This document shows positions 54,727 to 64,000 of a DNA stretch of 64,000 nucleotides, one piece after another. The notes under the pieces are model-generated. The model was given only the letters and a program-made list of their open reading frames with translations, ran no database searches and was not told the DNA's origin. The stretch's first letter is position 1; the number at the start of each line of letters is the position of its first letter. The stretch is from an uncultured Gammaproteobacteria bacterium (lineage in GTDB: Bacteria > Patescibacteriota > Patescibacteriia > UBA1558 > GWA2-36-10), in assembly GCA_964638415.1 (NCBI GenBank), contig CAZWYP010000003.1, positions 86,334 through 150,333 of the forward strand, given 5' to 3'. A program made the position numbers and the translations under genes.

Positions 54727-55759
54727 TGAGAACTGAATAATCTATTAATTCCGACGTATCAGGAATACTGGGTATTTGTCCAAGATTATAATAAGCGGTG
54801 GCAAAATCTTTAACTTGGTTAGCGTCTATATAACCAATCTCTTGTCCTTGAAATAATGGCAAAGATTTTCTTATTAACCATTCCTCCTGAACCGGATCAA
54901 AATTCGGTCCACCACAACGAGGATCTAATATTTGTTTAGCGGCTTCAGCCGGATTGTTCTCTACATAGGACGTTCCCTTATTGGTAGCTCTAAGCCATTT
55001 GACCAGACTGTCTTTCTTTTCTTTTAAAGTGTTTTCTGTAGCTAATAATACTTGTGATGGCTGTTTAAATCCGGGTATCTCATCGGAACTCAAAAATTTA
55101 TAAGCAATACCCGCTTTTTCAACTTCATAAGCCTGAGTTGTCCAATAACCTGCCAGAGCATCAACTTGGCCATCCAAGAAAGGCGTAGCGTCAAAACCAA
55201 CTATGACAATATCTAAATCATTAACCGAGACTCCAGCGTACTTGGCTATGGCGTATTGAATGACCGAATCAGCGGTGACGCCAATTTTATATTTTGTGCC
55301 GTCCGGTTTAGTTTTAACGAAATCTTTTAAACTATTTAAACCGGAATCCTGTCTCACAATAAATCCGTATGGCACCTGGTTCCATAACGCGCCAAAAGCT
55401 TTAACTTTTAATTTTTCATTCTCGGCTTTGGTACGGCCGCGTAACAAAGGAACCAAATCACCTTCAATTCCAATATCAAGACTACTATCTTGAGCGATGG
55501 CATTGGTAGCCAAAACAAAGGCCGCACCAGAAGGTCCACCCGGTATCAACTCTACGTCCAAACCTTCATCTTTATAATAACCGTTAACAAGCGCCGAACA
55601 AACATTCGCAAACTCGCCGTTAATCAACCAGCCGGCTTGCACCCTTATTTTCTCTAGATCAGTTTTATCAGTTATTGATGCGCTATGATTATTTTTATAC
55701 ACAACAAATAAAATGATCGCTAAAATTAACACAATTAGAATGGTAATTTTTTTAGCCAT
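54707..55759 (-). CDS. ABC transporter substrate-binding protein, NMT1/THI5/SsuA-like
   Basis: The 350-aa product has an N-terminal TM/signal segment and a periplasmic-binding-protein type 2 fold. Confidence 0.7.
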   Translation of the reverse strand: MAKKITILIVLILAIILFVVYKNNHSASITDKTDLEKIRVQAGWLINGEFANVCSALVNGYYKDEGLDVELIPGGPSGAAFVLATNAIAQDSSLDIGIEGDLVPLLRGRTKAENEKLKVKAFGALWNQVPYGFIVRQDSGLNSLKDFVKTKPDGTKYKIGVTADSVIQYAIAKYAGVSVNDLDIVIVGFDATPFLDGQVDALAGYWTTQAYEVEKAGIAYKFLSSDEIPGFKQPSQVLLATENTLKEKKDSLVKWLRATNKGTSYVENNPAEAAKQILDPRCGGPNFDPVQEEWLIRKSLPLFQGQEIGYIDANQVKDFATAYYNLGQIPSIPDTSELIDYSVLNEVEKR

Positions 55760-55770
55760 AATATTAGAAA

Positions 55771-56568
55771 TTACTTATTAAGGATCTTCCCCCAAATTAA
55801 AATTAATTTTGGAGAAAAACTATTTAAATATTTTAATAAAATTGATTTATTACTAATTGGTTTTAATGCCCATTTTAGAGCTTTATCCATTTCTTTTTTA
55901 TATTGAGGATATTTAATATTAAATATCCGACGACAGTCTTTTAGATCACGCGTATAAGTACCGTCAACAGCGGTAGCAAAAGCGCCGCCCGCCCTTAAAA
56001 TATCCCTCATAATCCAAACACACCAGAATTCTAAAGGTTTTTTTGTAAAAAGAAACTCTTTCTTACCGACCAACAATTTTTTTAGATCATTAATATCTTT
56101 ATCAAAATGGGGATATAAATCATTAATTAAAGATTTGCCTGTGTGATAATTTTTTATTCTTTTTGACAAATTCTTTCCCCACAAACGAGCCGCACTTGTC
56201 TTGAGGTGAAACTTTAACATCCTATATTTTCCCTCATGCAATAATTCATTGACGGACAAAGTAGTCAAATCAAAAAACTCAACCTGTGAATATTTTTTTC
56301 TTAATTTTTTTGAAATTTCCACCGTCCACTTGAGACGTTCTGCTGATAATTTTTTTCTGGTGACGGCAATCATGTCGATATCAGAAATCATTTTCTTTGC
56401 TCTGCCTAAAGGAACACTTCCTCTGATGTAAATGCTTAAAATATCTTCCCCTAAATATTGCCTATAATACCCAATAATTTCATCAATAGCTTCACTATAA
56501 TATGAAGTAATCTTCTTCCTACTGGCTTGATTTACAATACAACCTTGTCTATTGACCTTATACATCAT
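55771..56568 (-). CDS. Nucleotidyltransferase-domain protein (Pol-beta superfamily; aminoglycoside-adenylyltransferase-like two-domain architecture)
   Basis: The 265-aa product has the motif IYIRGSVPLGRAKKMISDIDMIAV (GS…DxD) and a helical C-terminal domain. Confidence 0.5.
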   Translation of the reverse strand: MMYKVNRQGCIVNQASRKKITSYYSEAIDEIIGYYRQYLGEDILSIYIRGSVPLGRAKKMISDIDMIAVTRKKLSAERLKWTVEISKKLRKKYSQVEFFDLTTLSVNELLHEGKYRMLKFHLKTSAARLWGKNLSKRIKNYHTGKSLINDLYPHFDKDINDLKKLLVGKKEFLFTKKPLEFWCVWIMRDILRAGGAFATAVDGTYTRDLKDCRRIFNIKYPQYKKEMDKALKWALKPISNKSILLKYLNSFSPKLILIWGKILNK

Positions 56569-56580
56569 AAAATAACAATT

Positions 56581-58287
56581 CTACTCCGTAAGATAATGCA
56601 TTAATTCACTAAGTAAAACCAATTCAGTCTTTTCTTCCCAGCGTTTTTTCAATTCTGCACTTTTTTGCTCAATGGTTTTTTTACTGATCACTATACGTAA
56701 AGGAATGCCGATAAGATCAGCGTCGGCAAATTTTTCCCCGGCCGGTTTTTCCCGATCATCATATAAAACCTCTACATCTTTAGCAACCATTTCTTGATAT
56801 AGCTTGTCGGCCTCGTCATAAGCACCGTCCAAAGCAATTAGATGAACTCTAAACGGAGCCACTGTTTCCGGCCAAATGATACCTTTGGCGTCATGATACT
56901 TTTCTACTATTGCCGCCATGGTACGACCAACACCGATACCATAACAACCCATATAAAAAGGTTTTTCTTTACCGTCAATATCAATATATGATGCCCCTTT
57001 CATCTTATGAGAATAGTGATAACCAAGCTGAAAAATATTTCCAACTTCAATGCCCCGTTTTTCAATTAGTTGTTTCTTGCTTCCAGTAGACTCAAAACCT
57101 TCTTTAGCTAAAGCAATATCACCTTCAATGTCTGACTGATAATCACGATCAATATTGACGTTTAACAGATCAATATTTTTTTTGTTACTGCCACCGTAAG
57201 CATTGGCAATAGTTCGCAAAGAATCATCAGCCACAATAAGCAAATTAACCTTATTATCTATGTTATTTTTAATCTTAACCGGTGAGATGAAGCCCGGCTC
57301 GGAATTAATAGATTCCCTAATCTCATCATCCGTGGCGTGTCGCAAAGTTGTAGCGTGTATTAAATTTTTTAATTTAACTTCATTAACGTCTAAATCTCCC
57401 CTAATAATTGCTAAAATAAATCTATTCTGATCGTCAACAAAAAGAACATCTTTAATCTGTTGCCATAAAGGCAAATTATGAAACTTAACTCCATCCTCCA
57501 TAGTTACACCTCGTTCAGCTTTAATTTCAGTTAATTCCAATTGCTTGTCGTCTTTGTTTTTTATTTCTTTTTCAAACAGAACAACGTCCTCGTGTGCGGC
57601 ATAATCACCATTTTCAGTAACAAAAAATTTGCTTTCACCGATATCCGATTCAACTACAAATTCATGACAATATTCTCCCCCTATATAACCGTTATCCGAA
57701 GCTACGATGTAAGTTTTTAATCCCAAACGTTCAAAGATTTTCGTATAAACTTCCTTCATGCATTCATATTCTATCTTAAAATCAGCCTCATCTTTGTGAA
57801 AAGAATATCCATCCTTCATTATAAACTCACGAACACGCAACAATCCTCCTCTAGCTCTCAATTCATCGCGAAACTTGGGAGAAAATTGATAAAGATGAAA
57901 AGGCAGATCACGATAACTTAAAGTATATTGACGCACTAAATCAACAAACATCTCTTCCGCCGTACCACCTAAAGCAAACTCGGCTCCCCGACGATCTTTT
58001 ACTTTCATTAATTCAAACCCGGTAGTGTTGGTTCTGTTGGTTTCCTGCCATAACTCCAACGGATGTAAAATAGGCGTCACCATTTCCTGAGCACCGATGG
58101 CGTCCATTTCTTGTTTAATAACGGATATTATCTTCTGTTGCACTTTGTGACCAATCGGTAAAAAATAATAGCGACCCGCTACTGATTCACGAATAAAACC
58201 GCCTTGCTTTAGAAGTCGGGCGGAAACGATTTTTTCATCGTCTGATATTTGTTTAGTGGTTTTTAAAAAATAATGAGATAATCTCAT
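56581..58287 (-). CDS. proS: Prolyl-tRNA synthetase (native, low-GC copy)
   Basis: The 568-aa product is bacterial-type ProRS with an editing domain. Its composition matches the bulk genome. Confidence 0.9.
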   Translation of the reverse strand: MRLSHYFLKTTKQISDDEKIVSARLLKQGGFIRESVAGRYYFLPIGHKVQQKIISVIKQEMDAIGAQEMVTPILHPLELWQETNRTNTTGFELMKVKDRRGAEFALGGTAEEMFVDLVRQYTLSYRDLPFHLYQFSPKFRDELRARGGLLRVREFIMKDGYSFHKDEADFKIEYECMKEVYTKIFERLGLKTYIVASDNGYIGGEYCHEFVVESDIGESKFFVTENGDYAAHEDVVLFEKEIKNKDDKQLELTEIKAERGVTMEDGVKFHNLPLWQQIKDVLFVDDQNRFILAIIRGDLDVNEVKLKNLIHATTLRHATDDEIRESINSEPGFISPVKIKNNIDNKVNLLIVADDSLRTIANAYGGSNKKNIDLLNVNIDRDYQSDIEGDIALAKEGFESTGSKKQLIEKRGIEVGNIFQLGYHYSHKMKGASYIDIDGKEKPFYMGCYGIGVGRTMAAIVEKYHDAKGIIWPETVAPFRVHLIALDGAYDEADKLYQEMVAKDVEVLYDDREKPAGEKFADADLIGIPLRIVISKKTIEQKSAELKKRWEEKTELVLLSELMHYLTE

Positions 58288-58521
58288 AATAATTACAGTA
58301 AAAGCTTCGGATTACACAACTTAAATATGCCAAAATTATAGGCATTTTTGATGCTTTTGTCCAGTCTATAATAAACAATACTTATTAAGAATGATTTTGA
58401 ATGTACAAACCGTCTACGTTTGACGAATAAACCCTTTCATACCGTAATATGATACCCTCTGGACTTATCCCACCCCTGCGGTATCATCCACCCTACAATA
58501 AGCTAAGTATAGCAAAAAACC

Positions 58522-59427
58522 ATGAAAAAAGCAGTGTTGTACGCCAGGGTGAGTTCGGCTCTCCAGGAAAAGGAAAGAACCATAGAAAGCCAGATTTTAG
58601 AGCTTAAAAATCAGATAAAAAAGTCAGGTAATATCTTGGTTCACGAATACGTGGATGACGGCTATTCCGGAGCAATGTTGTCCAGGCCCGGTTTAGACAA
58701 ATTAAGGCAGGACTTAAAAACCAATTTATTTGATACCATCTACTTTCATAATACCGACCGCATTGCCCGCGACGTTACTTACCAAAATATTATCATCGGA
58801 GAAATCCTTAATCACCAAAAACAGATAATAATAAACGGTGAGGACTATGTCCATAATCCAGAGAATAAATTTACCTTAACGGTTTTAGGAGCAGTAGCGG
58901 AACTTGAAAAAGCCAAAATCTTGGAACGCAGTATGAGAGGAAGACTGTATCGATTAAAACAGGGACAGTTATTGTCCCATGGCTATAATATCTACGGGTA
59001 TAATTATATTTACAAAACAGACACTACTCCTCCGGCTTATACTGTAAACTCCGAGGAAGCTCGAGTGGTTAACTATATCTTTAAGCTTTACGCTCAAGGT
59101 AAGATTAACTACCGGCAACTGGAAAAAAAGTTAGTGAAAGAAAAGATTCCACCCAGAAAAGGCAGAAAATGGAATTGGAGTCAGTTAAGATTAATGTTGC
59201 GAAACGAAACCTATACCGGCATCAGATATTTTAACACCACTACGGATAACAACGCTTTATTAAAATTCGGTCCCAGAGAGAAAACCATCAGGAGAATAAA
59301 AACGGACAGATCAACTTGGATTGGCATTAAAATCCCGGGAATAATATCCCGGGATTTATTTAATAAAGTCCAACATAGAATTAGCCATGAATTGGAGTTA
59401 TATAACAATAAGAAAAAATTAAGATGA
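58522..59427 (+). CDS. Large serine recombinase, truncated paralog (resolvase and recombinase domains only)
   Basis: The 301-aa product has the catalytic motif YARVSS at its N-terminus. It lacks the Zn-ribbon and coiled-coil regions present in the downstream paralog, and its stop overlaps the next start (ATGA). Confidence 0.75.
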   Translation: MKKAVLYARVSSALQEKERTIESQILELKNQIKKSGNILVHEYVDDGYSGAMLSRPGLDKLRQDLKTNLFDTIYFHNTDRIARDVTYQNIIIGEILNHQKQIIINGEDYVHNPENKFTLTVLGAVAELEKAKILERSMRGRLYRLKQGQLLSHGYNIYGYNYIYKTDTTPPAYTVNSEEARVVNYIFKLYAQGKINYRQLEKKLVKEKIPPRKGRKWNWSQLRLMLRNETYTGIRYFNTTTDNNALLKFGPREKTIRRIKTDRSTWIGIKIPGIISRDLFNKVQHRISHELELYNNKKKLR

Positions 59428-61022
59428 AAAAAGCCGTCCTCTACGCCCGGGTAAGTTCTAGCAGACAGGAAAAAGAAAAAACCATTGCCAGCCAAATCTC
59501 GGAACTGAAAAAACAAATCCAAGATAATGGAGATAGTTTAGTTAAAGAATACATAGACAATGGCTATTCTGGCGCTTTACTTGATCGGCCGGCTTTAAAT
59601 GAACTGCGGCAGGATTTAAAGTCAGATTTATTTGATACTATTTATTTTCTTAATACCGATAGGATTGCCCGGGAAGTAACTTATCAGACGATTATCATTG
59701 CCGAGATTTTAAGGTATAAAAAGCAAATAATTATCAACGGCAAGGATTATGTCAACAATCCGGAGAATAAGTTTACCTTAACCATTTTAGGAGCGGTTTC
59801 CGAATTGGAAAGAGCCAAGATAATTGAAAGAAGCTTGAGAGGTAAATTATATAAGTTAAAACAAGGTCAGCTGTTAAATAACGGCAGTAATATGTACGGG
59901 TATCGCTACATCAAGAAAAGCCGTCTCTCCCCGGCTAAGTTGGTAATTAACCCAACTGAAGCCAAAGTAATTAAATATCTCTTTTCCTCTTATGCTAAAG
60001 GCTTAAGTTGGAGTAAATTAATTCATTATTTGGAAGACAAAGGGATTAAGACTAAAAACGGCCAAAAGCTTTGGAATATTCCCAAATTAAAGTCGATCTT
60101 GGAAAATCATACCTATTACGGCTTAAAACACTTTAACCGAATTAAACATGATAAAACTGACGGTGGTATATCCAAATACGGCCGGAAAGTAATTAAAGAT
60201 AAAGCAGAATGGATCAGTATTAAAGTCCCGGCCATTATCCCTAAATCTTTATTTGATAAGGTTCAACTCAGGTTAAAAAACAATACCAAGGTTTACAGGA
60301 GAAAACCGGAAACGCAACTGCTTTCCGGTTTAATTGTCTGTGGGAATTGTCAGAGACGGTTTATAGCCTACCAGAGGTATTATAGGTATAGAACAAAGAC
60401 GGCAAATAAGGTGGTTCATAAGGTAGCTTATGTTTGCGGCAGACGAGCAAAAAACGTTATGCATTCCAAAAAATTAACTAAAGACTTATGTAAAAACCCG
60501 GAAATATCCGCCCGGGTAATTGAACCTGCTGTTTGGCAGATGATTACCGATACCCTGCTTAATCCCGACAAGCTACTCCTCTGCACTGATTATGTGAAAG
60601 ATAGGGTTAATAAAAAGCTGGAAAAACAAATAAATGTTATTGATAATAACATACTGGATTTAACCAATGAGAAAAAACAATGTTTAGATCGATATGCCAA
60701 AGGCAAAATAACCAGAACCCAATATTCTAAAAAATCTCAACAAACTGATAATGAGATTGAAAAGTTGAAAAACAAAAAAGACAAGCTAATTAAAAGCGTG
60801 CCGGCTTTGCACAAAAAATATATGATTGAGATAAGCGTTAAACAGTTTTGTGAAATAGCCAAAACCAGATTTGAACAAGCAAATGACTTTGAAACTAAAA
60901 GACAGTTTTTATTAGATTATATAGATAAGATTATCTATCTAAACAAAGAATTGACCTTATCCGGGTTAATTTTTGTTGATGGGGTTAATAAGATTAAATT
61001 TTATATTAAGAATGAGATTTAG
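59424..61022 (+). CDS. Large serine recombinase (integrase), full length
   Basis: The 532-aa product has YARVSSSRQ, a recombinase domain, a Zn-ribbon (CGNCQRRF…CGRR) and a C-terminal coiled-coil. Confidence 0.85.
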   Translation: MKKAVLYARVSSSRQEKEKTIASQISELKKQIQDNGDSLVKEYIDNGYSGALLDRPALNELRQDLKSDLFDTIYFLNTDRIAREVTYQTIIIAEILRYKKQIIINGKDYVNNPENKFTLTILGAVSELERAKIIERSLRGKLYKLKQGQLLNNGSNMYGYRYIKKSRLSPAKLVINPTEAKVIKYLFSSYAKGLSWSKLIHYLEDKGIKTKNGQKLWNIPKLKSILENHTYYGLKHFNRIKHDKTDGGISKYGRKVIKDKAEWISIKVPAIIPKSLFDKVQLRLKNNTKVYRRKPETQLLSGLIVCGNCQRRFIAYQRYYRYRTKTANKVVHKVAYVCGRRAKNVMHSKKLTKDLCKNPEISARVIEPAVWQMITDTLLNPDKLLLCTDYVKDRVNKKLEKQINVIDNNILDLTNEKKQCLDRYAKGKITRTQYSKKSQQTDNEIEKLKNKKDKLIKSVPALHKKYMIEISVKQFCEIAKTRFEQANDFETKRQFLLDYIDKIIYLNKELTLSGLIFVDGVNKIKFYIKNEI

Positions 61023-61581
61023 TATTTTTATTTAAAGCAGCAACAAATACTTGCTTAACATAATAATAAGCTCTTTCTTTTGACCTGTACCAAAACAATA
61101 TTATCAATGATATAGAAAATGCATGATATAAATATACACCTATATATTCTGGCAATAAAATCAAATAAATAATAAATGATGAGACTAAAATTACCCTAGA
61201 AAAAACATAACTTGCATTCATATTACTAATAATTTCATCCTGTCCTACTAATCTTGAAGAAACCTCAAATATCTTTTTTTCAGAGCAATCTTTACCATTA
61301 GTAATGATGCCTTTTAATTCATCGACTTCATTAAATCTTATTCGCCCACACCCTTTTCCTTTTAAAAATTGAACAGCTGGTTCACCTCCCCAAGTCCAAT
61401 ATATTATACCCTCTAGCCAACCACTAATAGAATTAACTAAATAGCCAATAACATAAGCTAAGGCCGTCGCAGGTAAAGCTGGTATGCTACTCTGACTTAA
61501 ATCCAATCTATACATTATACCCATAAGGATAAGAAAACCTGGGACTAAAATAGAAAGTAAATTATATAAATTAAAATTCAT
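61006..61581 (-). CDS. Hypothetical membrane protein (4 TM)
   Basis: The 191-aa product is the last gene of the AT-rich operon. Confidence 0.45.
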   Translation of the reverse strand: MNFNLYNLLSILVPGFLILMGIMYRLDLSQSSIPALPATALAYVIGYLVNSISGWLEGIIYWTWGGEPAVQFLKGKGCGRIRFNEVDELKGIITNGKDCSEKKIFEVSSRLVGQDEIISNMNASYVFSRVILVSSFIIYLILLPEYIGVYLYHAFSISLIILFWYRSKERAYYYVKQVFVAALNKNTKSHS

Positions 61582-61585
61582 AATT

Positions 61586-62374
61586 TTATATACTTAATTG
61601 ATATTTATCTATATTCTTTTTCAACAAAAGTAAACCCTTAAAAACTTCTGGGGGACAATTACTACAAGATTCTAATTTACCCCAACCACAGACACATGCC
61701 CAACGCCCTTTAATCCTTTTTTTGGATAAATAATTAGCAATTTCACTCCAGACAATATGGTCCAAATTATTATTATTCAAATATCTCAAAACTTCTATAC
61801 ATTTCAAGGTTAACTCTTTACAATCATTTTTTTGTGATTTTTCATAATAGTTTACTAATATCCCTAAACAACCATGAGGAAAAACGCCCCTAGGCCACTT
61901 CTTATTATCTCTAAAAAAACTTTGATCATAGAAGAAAGGAATGATTATCCCACAAAGAAAATCACGAAAAGGAATATCATTATCTTCATCCAAATATCCA
62001 GCCACACAAGCCGTACCATTATGGGGATTAATATGCATATCTGGGCTTTGCTTAATTTTTCCTCCTACTTCTTTAACTAATCTATAAACATTATCCGCCG
62101 ACAAATTTATCTCTATATCATATTCATCCTGTATCACATTGTCTTTATCACCAATGCTGGATATATCCTTATAAATATTATAATCCTTAGTACTAGGCTC
62201 AAATGAGGCAACGAATTTAAGCTTACCCTTTAGATAATTATCTCTATTAATCTCTTCAAAATATAGATCGGGGAAAAAATTATTTACAAGATCTTTATCT
62301 TCTTGTTTAACTAGCATAAGGATAATATGGCCTACTCTTAAATCCCGAATCTTTAGTTGAGTAAAGTAAACCAT
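61586..62374 (-). CDS. Cys-rich hypothetical protein (262 aa)
   Basis: The product has HINPHNGTACVAGY and a C-terminal CVCGWGKLESCSNCPP Zn-ribbon-like motif. The gene overlaps the upstream MBL gene; an alternative start at 62317 gives an 11-nt overlap. Confidence 0.4.
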   Translation of the reverse strand: MVYFTQLKIRDLRVGHIILMLVKQEDKDLVNNFFPDLYFEEINRDNYLKGKLKFVASFEPSTKDYNIYKDISSIGDKDNVIQDEYDIEINLSADNVYRLVKEVGGKIKQSPDMHINPHNGTACVAGYLDEDNDIPFRDFLCGIIIPFFYDQSFFRDNKKWPRGVFPHGCLGILVNYYEKSQKNDCKELTLKCIEVLRYLNNNNLDHIVWSEIANYLSKKRIKGRWACVCGWGKLESCSNCPPEVFKGLLLLKKNIDKYQLSI

Positions 62375-63338
62375 TATCTACTCCACTAACATCTTTATTA
62401 TCACCTTCATCTGAAATGTGCAAATTACCACTACTATCTATATCTACAATAACGTTTTTATTTTTGTCTCCTAAATGATATATATTTTCCGACTTTACAT
62501 ATTTTTTATATATATCCATAGCATCATCATGTGGATGATCGTGCGGACTGTCCTTTTGTTTTGGTGAGCTAATTATTAGATACTTTGGCTCTATCTCTTT
62601 TATATGATCCTCATAAATATCCTTATCATCTTCGCTATCTTTAAAAAATGTTCTGGATCCATGATGAGAAGCGCTTAAAATATCACTTTTTAAAACACCC
62701 TTATGGTATTTGGTTATATAATCTTTCCAAGCTGTCTTATCTGAATCTCCAGTAAGTAAAACGCTTTTATCATTATAAGTGAATTTAATAACACCGCACT
62801 GTTCGTGAATTCTTTTTCTCCTCTCTTCCGGTTTCTCTCCATCTATATCATCGCACACATATTTTGCTGGTGATAATACTTGAAAATCTATATCACCTAT
62901 TTTTTTAATAACTTTTGAACTCTCCTCTCTGTCTGTATGCAAAACATTCAAATCTCTAGTACCTCTTAAATAGAAAACATTTTTCTCACCTACTTTCTTA
63001 ATAACTGCTTCAAGTTCTTTGAAGCTATCCTCGTGTTCTTTACTTGGTTTATGCCCAGAGTGCCATACTTCCTTAATCAAATCTTTAATATCTTTTATTC
63101 CTTTTACGTGATCATTATGTGGGTGGGTATTAATAAAGACAAGATTATTATCTCCTATCTCTTTCAAATAATCCTTTAACAAAACTCCGCCTCTATCTTC
63201 GTCTATATTGGCATCCACTAAAATATAATCATGGCTATCACCGTCTGGCACTATTAATAATGTTGATTCTCCTTGACCAACATAAAGAAAAATAATCCTG
63301 AATATACCCTTATCGGGCATTAATAAATTGCTTTTCAT
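62307..63338 (-). CDS. MBL-fold metallo-hydrolase, ComEC C-terminal-domain-like
   Basis: The 343-aa product has LYVGQGESTLL, HPHNDHVKG (HxHxDH) and SASHHGSRT motifs, as in the ComEC/Rec2 beta-lactamase-like domain. Confidence 0.65.
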   Translation of the reverse strand: MKSNLLMPDKGIFRIIFLYVGQGESTLLIVPDGDSHDYILVDANIDEDRGGVLLKDYLKEIGDNNLVFINTHPHNDHVKGIKDIKDLIKEVWHSGHKPSKEHEDSFKELEAVIKKVGEKNVFYLRGTRDLNVLHTDREESSKVIKKIGDIDFQVLSPAKYVCDDIDGEKPEERRKRIHEQCGVIKFTYNDKSVLLTGDSDKTAWKDYITKYHKGVLKSDILSASHHGSRTFFKDSEDDKDIYEDHIKEIEPKYLIISSPKQKDSPHDHPHDDAMDIYKKYVKSENIYHLGDKNKNVIVDIDSSGNLHISDEGDNKDVSGVDNGLLYSTKDSGFKSRPYYPYAS

Positions 63339-63354
63339 AATAATATAATTAATT

Positions 63355-63864
63355 TTAAATAAAGATATTTTTGTTCTCCTTTATTATAAATATATATTCG
63401 TGAACTCCTCTTTTTTCGCCCTTTATTATCCGGGCTTTTAGCTTACCTTCTTTAATCATTTTTCTAGCAGTAGCTGGATGAATACCAAATCTATCTTTTA
63501 ATTCCCACATGGCATACCAACTATCCCTATTTTTACAAATATAGCCCGGAATCACCTTTGTGTCTATTGCTCTTTGGCAGGTTAAGCATTTAGGGCCATA
63601 TTTATCCCACCAGCCATTTTTACTAGTTATAGGAGAGTGACAAATAAGACAATTATATGTAACCCCTTCCTCTATAGGAAAACCATTTGGCTCTTTCTTT
63701 AAACGAATTTGTTTACTTTTAATATTTGTATCAACTTTGATTAACGTCTGAAAAAAACCTAATAGGTTATGTGCAGATTCTTCAGCAGCCTTATATGATA
63801 TCTCCTTACCATAAACTTTTTTATACACCTTTTGAAATTCTTTTATGTCTTTTTCTGATAGCAT
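63355..63864 (-). CDS. Zn-ribbon protein with a C-terminal HTH-like segment
   Basis: The 169-aa product has CLICH…CLTCQ and an HTH-like IHPATARKMIKEGKLKARII. Confidence 0.4.
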   Translation of the reverse strand: MLSEKDIKEFQKVYKKVYGKEISYKAAEESAHNLLGFFQTLIKVDTNIKSKQIRLKKEPNGFPIEEGVTYNCLICHSPITSKNGWWDKYGPKCLTCQRAIDTKVIPGYICKNRDSWYAMWELKDRFGIHPATARKMIKEGKLKARIIKGEKRGVHEYIFIIKENKNIFI

Positions 63865-63873
63865 AAATTAATA

Positions 63874-64000
63874 TCTCCAAAAACCAATCCAGATTAAAAA
63901 TATCTTATTCAGGCGATAAATTGGATAAGCAATTATTCCAAACCAAACACCATCAATTACTTGTGGTCCAAAAATAAAATATAAAATAGTTACTAATAAA
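63874..64000 (-). CDS. Partial hydrophobic ORF (C-terminal end) continuing beyond the window, first visible gene of the AT-rich operon
   Basis: The reverse frame reads …LLVTILYFIFGPQVIDGVWFGIIAYPIYRLNKIFLIWIGFWRY* and ends 6 nt before the next ATG. Confidence 0.35.

Larger units (their letters stand above)
58288..64000. mobile_element. Putative integrative element: att-like region, two tandem large serine recombinase genes, and a very AT-rich cargo operon. It extends past the window end.
   Basis: The recombinase pair sits directly upstream of proS. Cargo 61006-64000 has markedly lower GC (<30%). Inverted repeat atgatacc…ggtatcat lies at 58449-58487. Confidence 0.5.

Noticed and set aside
1-64000. 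CRISPR arrays, rRNA genes, reverse transcriptases and diversity-generating retroelements
   Set aside because: I scanned for short regularly spaced direct repeats, rRNA-like conserved stretches and RT motifs (YxDD). None were found. The only repeats are the 63-bp gene-fragment duplicate and the 40-bp RHS core-tail duplicate.

Overview
This is a 64-kb window from a low-GC (about 35-40%), gene-dense bacterial genome with short intergenic regions. The minimal gene sets, many secreted hypothetical proteins and the overall style suggest a Patescibacteria/CPR-like organism, but that is inference only. The first 43 kb is mostly housekeeping. It holds partial aspS, a tRNA-Thr/Cys cluster that includes an aberrant 148-nt tRNA-like element, asnS and a P-type ATPase. 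argS, dnaB-ybaB-recR and rplU follow. Then come a complete sufCBDSU operon and a minimal division cluster (mraZ-rsmH-ftsL-ftsI-murF) with MraZ-box-like repeats upstream. Further on are rplJ-rplL, mltG-manC-uppP, and a glycolytic cluster pgk-eno-gpmI-gpmI with a tandem gpmI duplication. Several single genes are markedly GC-richer (about 50%). They are a beta-carbonic-anhydrase-like gene, 12092-12301, 16061-16546, 21187-22041, a GNAT-like gene, and a second prolyl-tRNA synthetase. Each has its own promoter and/or terminator, which suggests recent horizontal acquisition. The last 21 kb is accessory. It contains an orphan RHS C-terminal toxin with an immunity gene and a duplicated RHS core-tail remnant, a 7TM-GAF histidine kinase with a response regulator, an AdoMetDC-like pyruvoyl enzyme and an S51 peptidase. 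It also has an xenologous GC-rich proS alongside the native proS, a NitT/TauT ABC transporter and an ANT-like nucleotidyltransferase. It ends with two tandem large serine recombinases followed by a very AT-rich (<30% GC) operon of at least five genes: a membrane protein, a Zn-ribbon/HTH protein, a ComEC-like MBL hydrolase, a Cys-rich protein and a membrane protein. This operon is the best candidate here for an undescribed mobile-element-borne system. No rRNA genes or CRISPR arrays were found.
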